Position numbers and translations under genes: made by a program. From Acidobacteriota bacterium (GTDB taxonomy: Bacteria; Acidobacteriota; UBA890; WLXD01): a stretch of 64,000 bases of DNA. The DNA lies in NCBI GenBank assembly GCA_965205505.1, contig CBDBHB010000008.1:608001-672000 (forward strand). The letters are read 5' to 3'. Below, one piece after another: positions 42,636-53,163 of the stretch (positions are counted from its first letter, which is position 1; each line of letters opens with the position of its first letter). A model generated the notes under the pieces. That model worked only from the letters and a program-made list of their open reading frames with translations. It had not been told where the DNA came from and ran no database searches.

Positions 42636-44282
42636 TTACCAGAGCTTGTCGACCTCGTCGGTGAGACCGGTCACCTCCCAGTGCACCAGCGCCAGCGGAA
42701 TCACGCCCGACTCGAGCACCGCGTCGACGAAGTCGGGCAATGCGAGCTCGTCGCCCCACAGGCGCGCCAGGTCCGCCAAAATCTTGTCGAGTTGAGCTCG
42801 GCCCAGCGGATAGGCGACCTCGTACCCGGGCGCACGCACGCCGTCGCGCTTGTGGTCCCACATCGTTGCGCTGTCGGCAGCCGCCCAGCCGTACGGTGTT
42901 AGCTCGGCCTCCAGCATCGTCGAGCCCGCATAGTCGAGCTTGTTGGCGATGAACATCAGCTCGCCCATGGCGCGGGCGCCTTCGTGGGCGAAGTTGACGA
43001 GCTGCATCTCCCGGGCTCTCGGATTATCGCTGTAGAGGCCGGCGTGCATCAGCATCTCTTCCAGTCCGCTGGCGAACCCCTCTCTACGAGGGTGGGTCAT
43101 CTCGTAGAGGCGCCGGGTCGCACGTATCGGAGAGCGATGGTCCTGGGAGCGCATCAAATCGAGAACGTGACCCGTGTCCTCGTGGATGATCGCCTGCATC
43201 GGATTGCGCGACGAGACCTGAGTAAAGAAACCCATCGGCTCGCCGATCCAGTCGGCCGACGGCGGCGTTGCCCCGACCGACTCGAACTCGCTGGCCAGGT
43301 TGGAGAAACCGCCCTCCCGGAGGAACCGGAGCAGATAGCTCGCGGCGTCGTTGTAGCGCTGGAAATACTCCTCCTCGGTGGCAGCGGGCTCGAGTGGCGG
43401 CAGGTGACGGTTGCGGAATTGCTCGAGCTTCAGCTGCGCCAGGTTGCGTTCGTACTCGCGACTTGCGATCGCCCAGGCCTCGTCCCACGTGTGGGGAACC
43501 AACCACACGTTCTTGAGCCACCAGTCGAAATTCTCGGCTCCGACGCCGGAAGGCTCGTCCATGCGGTCGAGGTTGTCGGCAATCCAGGTTCGGTAATCCC
43601 TCACCGCCTCCCAAGCACCCTGGGTGACGGCGACCAGATCGGGGTGATGCTGCCGCATACCCTCGACCAGGTCCTGCAGCAGCATGCCCTCCTCATCCAT
43701 GGACCGGAGCCCGAGCAGTGCCAAGTCGTGCTTGGCCTCGTCGATGATGATGTTGCGCTTGCCCTGCGCCAGGATCTTCGGGAGCGCCCGGAGTCGCGAC
43801 CCATAGGCCTCGAGCTGCTCCTCGTCGAGCGGCAGCTCCGGCCTGGCCGAGATGCCGTAGCGTGAAGCCGAGAACCCATAGAAGGGGGAGCCGGTTGAGG
43901 TTGGCGAGCCCCAGTAGAAGTCCGGGCTGGTCGACCACGGCTTCGTCGCCCGGTGATAGAACTCCAGCCCGTTCATCTCGGCGCGAACCAGGTGGTAATC
44001 GATCTGCTGGTCGATTGGCCAGCCGCTGATATCGAAGGCCGCCAGACGCCGTTGGTACTCGCCCAGCTCGCGATGCTGGCGCTCCATTGCCGCCGCCGTG
44101 TAGTCGGGGACCCCATCTTCGACCACGGGCTCGTGGAAAACCCGGAAATCGTCAAACAACGTCAACAGATCACGGTATCGGCCACCCTGAGATCGGCTCC
44201 CGGCCGCCTCGGAGCCGCCACTCGCGAGGGCGAGCGCGCTGATGGCTACCAGCAAGAATGTTGAGCCGGATCTTCTGCGCAT
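42636..44282 (-). CDS. DUF885-like secreted protein, paralogue B
   Basis: HEDTGH, REGFA; long stretches identical to paralogue A (QQIDYHLVRAEMNGLEFYHR; GLTDEVDKLW). Confidence 0.7.
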   Translation of the reverse strand: MRRRSGSTFLLVAISALALASGGSEAAGSRSQGGRYRDLLTLFDDFRVFHEPVVEDGVPDYTAAAMERQHRELGEYQRRLAAFDISGWPIDQQIDYHLVRAEMNGLEFYHRATKPWSTSPDFYWGSPTSTGSPFYGFSASRYGISARPELPLDEEQLEAYGSRLRALPKILAQGKRNIIIDEAKHDLALLGLRSMDEEGMLLQDLVEGMRQHHPDLVAVTQGAWEAVRDYRTWIADNLDRMDEPSGVGAENFDWWLKNVWLVPHTWDEAWAIASREYERNLAQLKLEQFRNRHLPPLEPAATEEEYFQRYNDAASYLLRFLREGGFSNLASEFESVGATPPSADWIGEPMGFFTQVSSRNPMQAIIHEDTGHVLDLMRSQDHRSPIRATRRLYEMTHPRREGFASGLEEMLMHAGLYSDNPRAREMQLVNFAHEGARAMGELMFIANKLDYAGSTMLEAELTPYGWAAADSATMWDHKRDGVRAPGYEVAYPLGRAQLDKILADLARLWGDELALPDFVDAVLESGVIPLALVHWEVTGLTDEVDKLW

Positions 44283-44400
44283 GACGCCTCCGGGTTGATT
44301 GAGCTCCGGTGGATCATATGCAGCCGCCGACGCGATCTCAAAACGTGTCGCCAACCCGTCGGCCTTGTGGCTGCTCGAAGTCCTCTGTGTACAACCAAGA

Positions 44401-44520
44401 CGTTATTACATAGTAATAGTTAGTATTAATTAGAAAACAATGTTATTAACTGTTATTACATGCTATTTATAGTGATAAAAGCTTAAAAATTTGTTTTAGT
44501 TCTTTTTAGCTTTTATATCC
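44401..44520. other. Very AT-rich intergenic patch
   Basis: 25 G+C in 120 bases (21%); GTTATTA x3. Confidence 0.9.
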
Positions 44521-44583
44521 CTGACTTGCTTTGTTAAAGTCCACTCTGGAATCTGACTTTCACTATCCACGGAGTCTTTCTCC

Positions 44584-45617
44584 ATGGCGTTTCCTGTTCG
44601 CGCCCGTGCTTTGCCAAGCGCTGTCCGACCCGAACTGCTCATCGTGTTCGCGCTGTTCGCGGTCACCGGCGTCCTCGATCGGATCGGCGTGCAACAGGTG
44701 ATCGTCTTGAATGGCTTCTATCTGCCGGTCGTTCTTGCCGCGTACTTCTTCGGCAAGGCGCGCGCTGTCGTCACATCCACCGCCTCCGTCCTGCTGGTGA
44801 CCTGGTTTGCGTTGTCAATTCCCGGGTCGTTCGAGATCGGCGCTACCACTGGGATAGACAAGTGGCTCGGCATCACCCTCTGGGGCAGCTTGCTGACCCT
44901 GATCGCGGCGGCGATGGGCCATCTGTACGACGTCAAGCGCGAGGCCTTCCGCGAGCTGCAGCACGCATACAACGGCATCGTCGAGATCATGTCGAAGTTC
45001 ATCGATACCGCCGACAAGTACACCCAGGCGCACTCTGTGCGAGTTTCGCTCTACGCCTCCGCCATCGGTCGCCGCATGGGCCTGGCCAACGGCGACGTCC
45101 AGGACATACGGGTCGCCGCCCTGCTGCACGACATTGGCAAGATCGATGTCAGTGTCGACATCCTCAAGAAAGTCGGTGGCCTGAAGCCGCAAGAGTGGCG
45201 TCAGATCCGCCAACATGCGACCAACGGCGCCTTGATGGTGGACCGGGTGGGAGGCGCCCTGCGCACCGCCGTGCCGCTGATCATGTACCACCACGAGCGC
45301 ATCGACGGCGGCGGCTATAACGGCCTGAAGGGTGAGGACATTCCGCTCGGCGCTCGCATCATCGCCGTCGCCGACGCCTTCGATGCGATCACCACGGACC
45401 GACCGTATCGCCGCGCCCTCGACCGGCAGGTCGCCTGCGGAATTCTGCAGGAGGGTGCCGGCTCCCAGTTCGACGAACATGTCGTGGTCGCATTCCTGGC
45501 AGCGCTCAACGACCCCAGGAAGGGCTCGACGATATCCTGGAGCCGCCGGAACTGCGCAGCGAACGGCCGCGACTCGTGGCATAGCCGGGCGGTTCGCCCG
45601 AAGCCATGGCCAGCTAG
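44584..45617 (+). CDS. Membrane-anchored HD-GYP domain protein
   Basis: N-terminal TM helices; YTQAHSVRV, LLHDIGK, HHERIDGGGY, IIAVADAFDA. The true stop is probably TAG at 45615-45617 after a frameshift. Confidence 0.8.
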
Positions 45618-45626
45618 CGTCCTGAG

Positions 45627-47106
45627 TCAGCGGCGGCGGCAAAGGCGTGCAACGCGCTGCGGGTCCGCACGTAGATGTGTGATCCGCATCGATGGCCGGC
45701 GTCGCAAAACAGATGTCGTCGAGGTCGTTGACCGCGAGAACATCGAGGGTCGAGCCCGGCTTCAGCACCACCACCTTGCATGCCTCGCTGACCATGAAGA
45801 CCTTGCCGTCGCCGGCGACCGGCGAGGCGAAATAGCTCTCGACTGCGTCGTAGAGACGACCGCGGTCGAGCACCTCGCCACTGTCCGGGTCGAGAAGCGT
45901 CACGATGCCGCCGTCGTCGACCATGTGGATGACCCCCTCGTACAGCAGCGCCGACGGCAACTGGGGTACGGACCTACCGTGATTCCAGAGGAAGCTCGAA
46001 TCGGTCATGTCGCCGCTGCCCCCCGTCTTGAAGGCATTTATTCCGCCTCGTGAGGCACGCGCCGATCGGTACCACTCCCACTCCTGACGATTGAGCGCCC
46101 CATCGCTGTCGAGATCGATGAGCCGAATCCAGCGGCGCGCGAGATCGTCGGGAATCTGGTCGACCTCGAACAGCCCGTCGCCATCCGTGTCGCTTGCAGA
46201 AACCTCGTCATATGTGGGAATGGCGCGGTCGTAGCCGTCCTCGAATGCTGTGGCGCTGGTGCCGTTGATGTAGACGGTGGTCGAGTCCGCCGAGAGCACC
46301 GCGACCGCCTTCATCTCGAAGGCCACGCCGGAAACCCACCACCGACGCTCCCCCGTAGCGGCAGCAAACGCCGAGAGCCGCAGCGAGCCCGGAATCAGCA
46401 GCTGGACCTCTCCCGAAGGCGGCCGGAACACGACCGGCGTGGAGTGACCGGTACTCGATCCGGGGCGATCCATGCGCCACCGCACCTCGCCGTCTTGCGC
46501 ACCCACGGCAATCATGAACGCTCCGGTCTTCTGATCGCATACCTGGATCACCTGACCATCTATCACCACCGGTGACGCTGCCATGCCATACGCGTTGTCG
46601 AACGGACCGAGCGGAACCTGCCAGCGTTCGCCACCATCGGCGTCGTAGGCGATCAACCCGAAGTCACCGAAAAACACGTACACGCCGCTACCGTCGGTGG
46701 CGGGTGTAGGCGATGCCGGGTCGTTGAGCCGGTTCAGAGGCTCCTGGCGCGGCCGCGGCGCCGCCTGCCGCCAAAGCACGTCGCCGCTGGCCTGATCGGG
46801 GGCGTACGTATAGAGCGTGCCCTCGTCGACTGCGGTGAGAAAGATCCGTCCTGAGGCCAGGACCGGCGAGGAGTGTCCCGGCGGCAGCGGCGTGCTCCAG
46901 GATTCGTTGTCACCGGGTCCGAACCGAGTCGGGAGCCCGACCGCCACCGCGACGCCGGAGCCATTCGGCCCGCGGAATCGTGACCAACCCCCCTCGGTGA
47001 TCTGAGCCGACGACCCGGTGGTCTGGGTGAAATCGCAGCCTCCGAGAGCAAGGACTCCCACGAGTCCCACAGCCAGGCGCAGGGCTTCTCGAAGGGGTCG
47101 GGTCAA
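45627..47106 (-). CDS. PQQ/BamB-like beta-propeller lipoprotein with an EF-hand insert (frameshift near 45680)
   Basis: LGGC lipobox; WSRFRGPNGSG; SSPV, ASPTPATDG; DTDGDG/DLDSDG; the shifted C-terminus reads IYVRTRSALHAFAAAA-TGA. Confidence 0.8.
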
Positions 47107-47327
47107 CGCGGACTAGCTCCGTCGGGGTGTCCCGACATTGCCAGACCGCCGTTCCCCTTCCTGGGGCGAATGGGTAGCATCTCTCTCTCGACTTCTTGGC
47201 TCCGTTTATCCTTGACCGGAGCCGTCGTCCAAACTTGGGGACTCTACTCTGCAGGGTGAACCGGGACAACGGTAGTGACACACCTCTCGCGCGACACGCG
47301 GGACCGACGCCGTCAGAAGGAGGCGAC

Positions 47328-48392
47328 ATGCGCGTCACAAGCCTCGGACTAACGTTACTGATACTCGCCGTATCGACGCCGATTATCGCCCAGGACTACG
47401 TCTACGACCCGACCAGCACTTACTACGATCCTGACTATCTCAGCACGTATTCGATCATTGTTCGTGACCCGGGCACCGGAGAGCTGGGAATTGGCGTCGC
47501 GAGCAGGGTGCTGGCGGTCGGCCGCAACGGCTCGTCATTCAGAGGTGGCGTCGGGGTCATCGTGCATCAAATGTCGTCGAATCCGTTCTACGGCAGGATC
47601 GGGATGGAGATGCTGATGGCCGGCCTGCACCCGCAGGAGGTCATGGCCCAGCTAGTGCGCAGCGACGAGGCGAGCGCCCGCAGGCAAGTCGCGATCCTCG
47701 ACTTCCAGGGCCGCACCGCTGCGTTCACCGGTGGCGGCCCAGTTGGTCTCGAGGTGTACTCACATCCGCGTGAAGATCCCGAGGAGGCATGGAAAGGCCA
47801 CCGGTGCGGAATCGACTATTGCGCCCAGGCCAACAGCATGGTCGGGCCCGAGGTCGTCGAGAACATGGCAGAGTCGTTCGAATCGACCGGCGGGAAGCCG
47901 CTAGCGGATCGGATCCTCGACGCTCTGGAGGCAGCTCAGGTCGCCGGCGGCGACCGGCGTGGACAGCAGTCAGCTGCTCTGTTCATCGTCCAGCTCCGGG
48001 GCGGCGCAGCCGATTACTCCGATGTCGCCGAGGATCTTCGGGTCAACGACCACCCGACGCCACTGATCGAGCTGCGCCGGCTGCTCACCGTGCGCCGGTC
48101 TCGAGGAATCATCGCCAATGCTAACCAGGTCTTCGAGGACGGCGACCGGGAGCACGGCCTCCAGATCCTCCTCGAGCTTCGAGACAAGATCCCAGGAAAG
48201 GACAACGTCTGGATTGCTCTGGCGAGCATGTATCTCGAGCTGGGGCGCAGAGACAACGCCCTGGACGCGATTCGGCGGGCGGTCGAGATCAATCCCTACA
48301 ATACGCGCCGGGGCAGCGGCGGGCTGCCACGCAACACCAGCTTCGAGGCCCTGTGGTCCGATCCAGAGTGGATTCGGATCATGGGCCGGTAG
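47328..48392 (+). CDS. DUF1028 (Ntn-hydrolase-like) protein with C-terminal TPR
   Basis: TYSIIVRD...GIGVAS; RQV; AGGDRRGQQSAAL; DLRVNDH..PL.EL; ATG after AGGAGG. Confidence 0.85.
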   Translation: MRVTSLGLTLLILAVSTPIIAQDYVYDPTSTYYDPDYLSTYSIIVRDPGTGELGIGVASRVLAVGRNGSSFRGGVGVIVHQMSSNPFYGRIGMEMLMAGLHPQEVMAQLVRSDEASARRQVAILDFQGRTAAFTGGGPVGLEVYSHPREDPEEAWKGHRCGIDYCAQANSMVGPEVVENMAESFESTGGKPLADRILDALEAAQVAGGDRRGQQSAALFIVQLRGGAADYSDVAEDLRVNDHPTPLIELRRLLTVRRSRGIIANANQVFEDGDREHGLQILLELRDKIPGKDNVWIALASMYLELGRRDNALDAIRRAVEINPYNTRRGSGGLPRNTSFEALWSDPEWIRIMGR

Positions 48393-48411
48393 ATCGAGCG
48401 GGCTAGTAGTA

Positions 48412-48448
48412 CTCTCGTATACTAGGTATACTACCTAGTATACGAGAG
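48412..48448. promoter_or_regulatory. Perfect 17-bp inverted repeat upstream of padR, candidate operator
   Basis: CTCTCGTATACTAGGTA-TAC-TACCTAGTATACGAGAG. Confidence 0.6.
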
Positions 48449-48481
48449 ATCGAGATCCCCAACCGGTGCTTCGGAGTAAAC

Positions 48482-48805
48482 ATGACCAGCCTTCGCCTCA
48501 CCTACACCACCGGGGTGGTGCTCCAATCCATCGCCGCGGGCTACCGCTACGGCTTCGACATCATGGATGTCTCGGGGCTACCCGACGGGACGGTCTATCC
48601 GGCCCTACGGCGGCTCGAGGACGCCGGACTGCTGACCTCCGAGTGGGAGGACGAGGCCCGAGCCAGCGCCGAGAAGCGGCCGCCACGCTGCTACTACGAG
48701 CTCACCGGCACCGGGGAGCTGATGCTGGCGCGAGCCCTCGACGGATTCCCAGCCTTGCGTCGCGCCGTCGCGGCGGCGTCCGAGGCGCAGGTCAAAGGCG
48801 CCTGA
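48482..48805 (+). CDS. PadR-family regulator
   Basis: YGFDIM...GTVYPALRRLE...RPPRCYYELTGTG. Confidence 0.9.
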   Translation: MTSLRLTYTTGVVLQSIAAGYRYGFDIMDVSGLPDGTVYPALRRLEDAGLLTSEWEDEARASAEKRPPRCYYELTGTGELMLARALDGFPALRRAVAAASEAQVKGA

Positions 48806-48807
48806 GC

Positions 48808-51494
48808 ATGGGCTTGAACGCGAAAGTGGACAGGTTCGCCGCTGGGCTCTGCCGCGGACTCGTAAGGAGCTTCGCACTGCTGGTCCCGAGCACCGAGCGG
48901 GCACGATGGCGCAACGAGTGGCTGGCAGAGATCGAGCACGCCCGCCGTCGCGACAGAATTCGCGCGATGCTGTTGCGCCGCTGCCTGTCGTCGGGACGTG
49001 ACGCGCTCGTGCTGCGCGCGCGGCGCGGCGCGAGGCACTTGCTTGCCGTTGGGCCGCGGGAGAGCGGCAGCGATATGTTCGGCGAGCTTCGTCAGGATGT
49101 CCGATTCGGTTTTCGATCGCTCTGCAGCTCGCCCGGATTTGCTGCGGTTGCCGTTCTGACGATGGCGCTCGGAATCGGCGCCACGACAACGATCTTCAGC
49201 CTGGTCAACGGAATTCTCTTGCGTCCACTTCCCTACGAGGAGCCCGATCGGCTGGTGGTGGTGTGGCCTGAAAACTGGTTCTCCACCGAGCTCTACCTGA
49301 TGATCGAGCCCTTCCTCGGTTCCTTCGATGCGACCGCCGCCTTCACCGGAACCAACCACACGCTGCTGACGTCCGACGGGGCCATTCGGGTCAAGGGTCC
49401 CAAGGCCACGGCCGGCTTCTTCAACGTGCTCGGGCCGCGAATGCAGCTCGGTCGCGGCTTCGAGCCAGGCGACGACAGGCCTGGAGAGGCCGTCGTAGTG
49501 GTGACTGACAGCTTCTGGCGGACGGAATTGGCTGCCGATCCACGCGCGGTCGGTCGAGCGGTGCGACTCGACGGGCGCGAGCACACCGTCGTCGGGGTGC
49601 TGGCGCCCGGCTATCAAGTGCTACAGAACGGAGCCTCGCTGGTTTCCCCATGGGTGCTCGACACCGAATCGCCCGGCGCCTCGTCGCAGGAGATGAAGCT
49701 CGTCGCCCGTCTCGCCAAGGACTCGACCGCGGCGGCGGCGCTCGAGGAGTTACGCGCCTTCATCGCCTACCTGCACGAGCAGATCGACTTGCCCGCCGAC
49801 TACGGGCGCGACGCCACCATCATGCCGCTGCGCGAGTATCTCGTCGGAGACACGCGCCCGACGCTGCTGTTGCTCTTCGGAGCGGTCGGCCTGACCCTGC
49901 TGATCGCCACCGCGAACGTTGCCAACCTGCTGCTGTCGAGGGCCTTGACGCGCGAGCGAGAGATGGCGGTCCGCGTCGCTCTCGGGGCTCGGCGCGGCCG
50001 CCTAGTGCGGCAGTTGTTGACCGAGTCGTCGTTGCTCGGCCTGCTTGGCATACTGCCCGGACTGGCGCTGGCGTCGGTCGGGCTCAAAGGTGTGCTCGCG
50101 CTGATGCCTGCGGACGCGCCGCGTATCGAGACCGTCGTACTCGATGGTTCGGTGCTCGCGTTTTCGGCGTTCGTTGCCTTGATCACTGGCTGGATCGTCG
50201 GCTTGATCCCGGCACTCCAAGCGTCGGTCTCCGACGTCCGCGCTGCGCTGGCAGCCGGCGGCCGCGGCGGCAGCGAGACCGCCCTGCGGCGGCGCATCCG
50301 CACCGCAGTAGTGCTGGCGGAGGTTGCCATGGCGATGACGCTGGTCGCCGGCTCCGGACTCCTCATCCGGAGCTTTCTGCAAGTAGTGCGTGTCGACCCG
50401 GGATTCCGCCCTGACGGGCTGATCACCTTCGACCTCCGTCCCGAGGAAGGCAGCTTCGCGTCCGCCGCCGAGGCCACACAGTACTTCGACCGTATCCGTG
50501 CGAATCTCGCCGCCCTACCCGGTGTAGCCGCCGTGAGCGAGGTGTGGAAAGGCCCGTTCAGCGAGGATGGCGGGATCAACTCGTTGTACCGGGCCGACCG
50601 TGAGCTCGACCCGGCCGCGGACCCGCCGTACGGGCGCTGGCGACCGGTGAGTCACGACTACTTTGTGACGGCGGGCATCCGGATCATGCGCGGCCGCCTG
50701 TTCACCGCGGCTGATGACGATGGCGCCGAGCCGGTTACGGTGATCTCCGAGACCACGGCGCGCCAGCTCTTCGGCGCCGACGAGCCACTAGGGGAGCGCC
50801 TCCTGACGTCTGTCGAGATGGAGACTCCGGCGCGCGTGGTGGGTATCGTCGGTGACTTGCGGCTACGTGGCCTGGACCAGGAAAGCCCGGCGGTCGTGTA
50901 CCGTCCCTACGCCCAGTTGCCGGAGCTGCTGGAGCGCTACGGTTTCTACGGTCGCTGGATCGTGCTGCGATTCGACGGCCCGGCGCCGCCATCGCTGGCG
51001 GCCACCATTCGCGGCGTCGTTCGCGACGCGGATCCCACCGCCCTGGTCGCCGGCTACACCACGATGACCGACGCTATCCGCGGGTCACTGTCCCAGCGGC
51101 GAGTAACGATGACATTGCTGGGGCTCTTCGCCGGCGCGGCGCTGCTGCTGGGAGCGATCGGGGTCTACGGCGTCCTCGCCTACTCGGTGCGCAGCCGACG
51201 CCGGGAGTTCGGCATCCGCGTCGCTCTTGGCGCGACCCGCGGTCGGATCGTGCGCAGTGTTCTATCCGACGCGCTGTCTCTGGCACTGCTTGGGTCGGCC
51301 ATCGGACTCGGGCTGACCATGCTGCTCTCGAGGGCCCTCGAGAGCTTCCTGTACGACGTCAGCGTCTTCGACCCGTGGGTTCTCGCCGCCGCCGTCGCCA
51401 CGACGCGCTGCTGGCGGTGATGTCGGCGCTGCACCCGGCCGTGCGCGCCGGGCGCGAGGACCCGGCACGCTCCTTATCGGCGGGTGGGTCCTAG
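48808..51494 (+). CDS. ADOP-family duplicated ABC permease (frameshift near 51405)
   Basis: QDVRFGFRSL...MALGIGATTTIFS, ANVANLLLSRA, REFGIRVALGA; the shifted tail ...PAVRAGREDPARSL ends at TAG 51492-51494. Confidence 0.85.
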
Positions 51495-53116
51495 GTCAGC
51501 TGTACCGTCGACCGGAACGTCGGGACGACTCGGTGACCCGTTGCCCGCTCGTAGGAATGGGCCAATCGGATGAGGCTGGGCTCGCTCCACGCCGTACCGA
51601 TGAACGAGATGCCCACCGGCAGCCCGAAGACATAACCGGCCGGGACCGTGATGCTGGGGTAGCCGGCCACCGCGCCCGGGCTGGAGCTGCCGCCCAGGAA
51701 ATGGTCGCCGGTGACCAGATCGATGGGCCAGGCGGGCCCGTCGGTGGGCGCCACCAGAGCGGCGAGATCATGCTCGCGCAGTACCTGATCGATTCCCTCG
51801 GGACCTGCATACCGCCGGTTGTTGGCGAGCGCGTCGAGGTAAGCCTGGTCGGTCAGCGGCCCCTTGGACTCGGCCATGTGGAAGAGCTCCTGGCCGAAGT
51901 AGGGCATCTCGCGGTCACGGTTCCGCTCGTTGAAGGCGATCAGGTCGGCGAGACTCCGCATCGATCCACCGCGGGCGCGCAGGTACGACGCCATGTCGGC
52001 CTTGAGCTCGTATAGCAACACCTCGTTCTCGGTGTCGCGATACTCGTCGGTATTGGGGATCTCGGCCGGGTCGACGATCACTGCGCCGGCCTGGCGCATC
52101 GCCTCGATCGCCTCTTCTATGAGGGCGTCAACCTGCTCGTGGAAACCGAAGAAGCCACGCACTACGCCGATGCGAGCACCTCGCAGGCCGCCTGCATCGA
52201 GGTACTGCGTGTAGTCGGGCTGGCGATACGGCGCGGAGGGCTCGGTGTCGGGGTCGCGCGGATCGACACCGGCTAGTGCACCGAGCAGCACGGCCGCATC
52301 GGCCACGGTGCGCGCCATCGGCCCCGCGGTGTCTTGGCTATGGGCCAGCGGGATGATACCGGCGCGGCTCCACAGCCCCAACGTGGGCTTGATACCGACA
52401 ATGCCGCAGGCGTTCGCCGGACAGACAATCGACCCGTCGGTCTCGGTGCCAATGGCAATGGCACATAGGCTCGCCGAGACCGCCGCGCCCGAGCCGGAGC
52501 TCGAGCCACATGGGCTGCGATCGAGCACGTACGGATTAAGCGTCTGGCCGCCCCGACCGCTCCACCCCGAGCTACTGCGCGTCGAGCGCATGTTGGCCCA
52601 CTCGCTGAGGTTGGTCTTGGCCAGCAGCACCGCCCCCGCTTCGCGCAGCCGTTCAACGATGAAAGCGTCGCGCGGCGTCGGCGCGTCCAACAGCGCCAGC
52701 GAGCCGGCCGTCGTGAGCATGCGGTCGCCCGTGTCGATGTTGTCCTTGATTGCTATCGGGATCCCGTGCAGCGGTCCGCGCACCCGCCCGCCGGCGCGCT
52801 CCTCGTCGAGCTCGCGAGCAATCGCCAGCGCGTCGGGATTTACCTCGATGATCGAGTTCAGCCTCGGACCGGCACGATCAAGCGACTCGATGCGGCCCAG
52901 GTAGGCCAGCACCAGCTGCTCGGAGGTGAAGCGGCCGGCAGCCATATGCTCCTGCAGATCAGCAACCGTGACGTCCTCGACGTCCACCCACCCGGCCTGT
53001 GTGTGCGCACCAAGCCCGCCAATCATCGTGGGCGTCGCCCGAATCGGCGGCGCGCCCGACACCAGGGCCACCGCGGTTCCCGCCAGCGTGTCGCGCAGAA
53101 AGTCACGTCGTCGCAT
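51491..53116 (-). CDS. Tat-exported amidase-signature enzyme
   Basis: RRRDFL; GPLHGIPIAIKDN; GSSSGS; GTETDGSI. Confidence 0.92.
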   Translation of the reverse strand: MRRRDFLRDTLAGTAVALVSGAPPIRATPTMIGGLGAHTQAGWVDVEDVTVADLQEHMAAGRFTSEQLVLAYLGRIESLDRAGPRLNSIIEVNPDALAIARELDEERAGGRVRGPLHGIPIAIKDNIDTGDRMLTTAGSLALLDAPTPRDAFIVERLREAGAVLLAKTNLSEWANMRSTRSSSGWSGRGGQTLNPYVLDRSPCGSSSGSGAAVSASLCAIAIGTETDGSIVCPANACGIVGIKPTLGLWSRAGIIPLAHSQDTAGPMARTVADAAVLLGALAGVDPRDPDTEPSAPYRQPDYTQYLDAGGLRGARIGVVRGFFGFHEQVDALIEEAIEAMRQAGAVIVDPAEIPNTDEYRDTENEVLLYELKADMASYLRARGGSMRSLADLIAFNERNRDREMPYFGQELFHMAESKGPLTDQAYLDALANNRRYAGPEGIDQVLREHDLAALVAPTDGPAWPIDLVTGDHFLGGSSSPGAVAGYPSITVPAGYVFGLPVGISFIGTAWSEPSLIRLAHSYERATGHRVVPTFRSTVQLT

Positions 53117-53163
53117 CTACAGCCCCGAGAAGTAATCGGCGCGGGCTTGGCGGGCAATGCCCG

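Noticed and set aside
44815-46053. Apparent long overlap of the HD-GYP and PQQ-propeller ORFs
   Set aside because: Both tails are explained by frameshifts; natural ends are recoverable at about 45617 and 45627.
48466-48807. Extended N-terminus of the 984-aa ADOP ORF
   Set aside because: It overlaps the real padR gene in another frame; the ADOP gene starts at ATG 48808.
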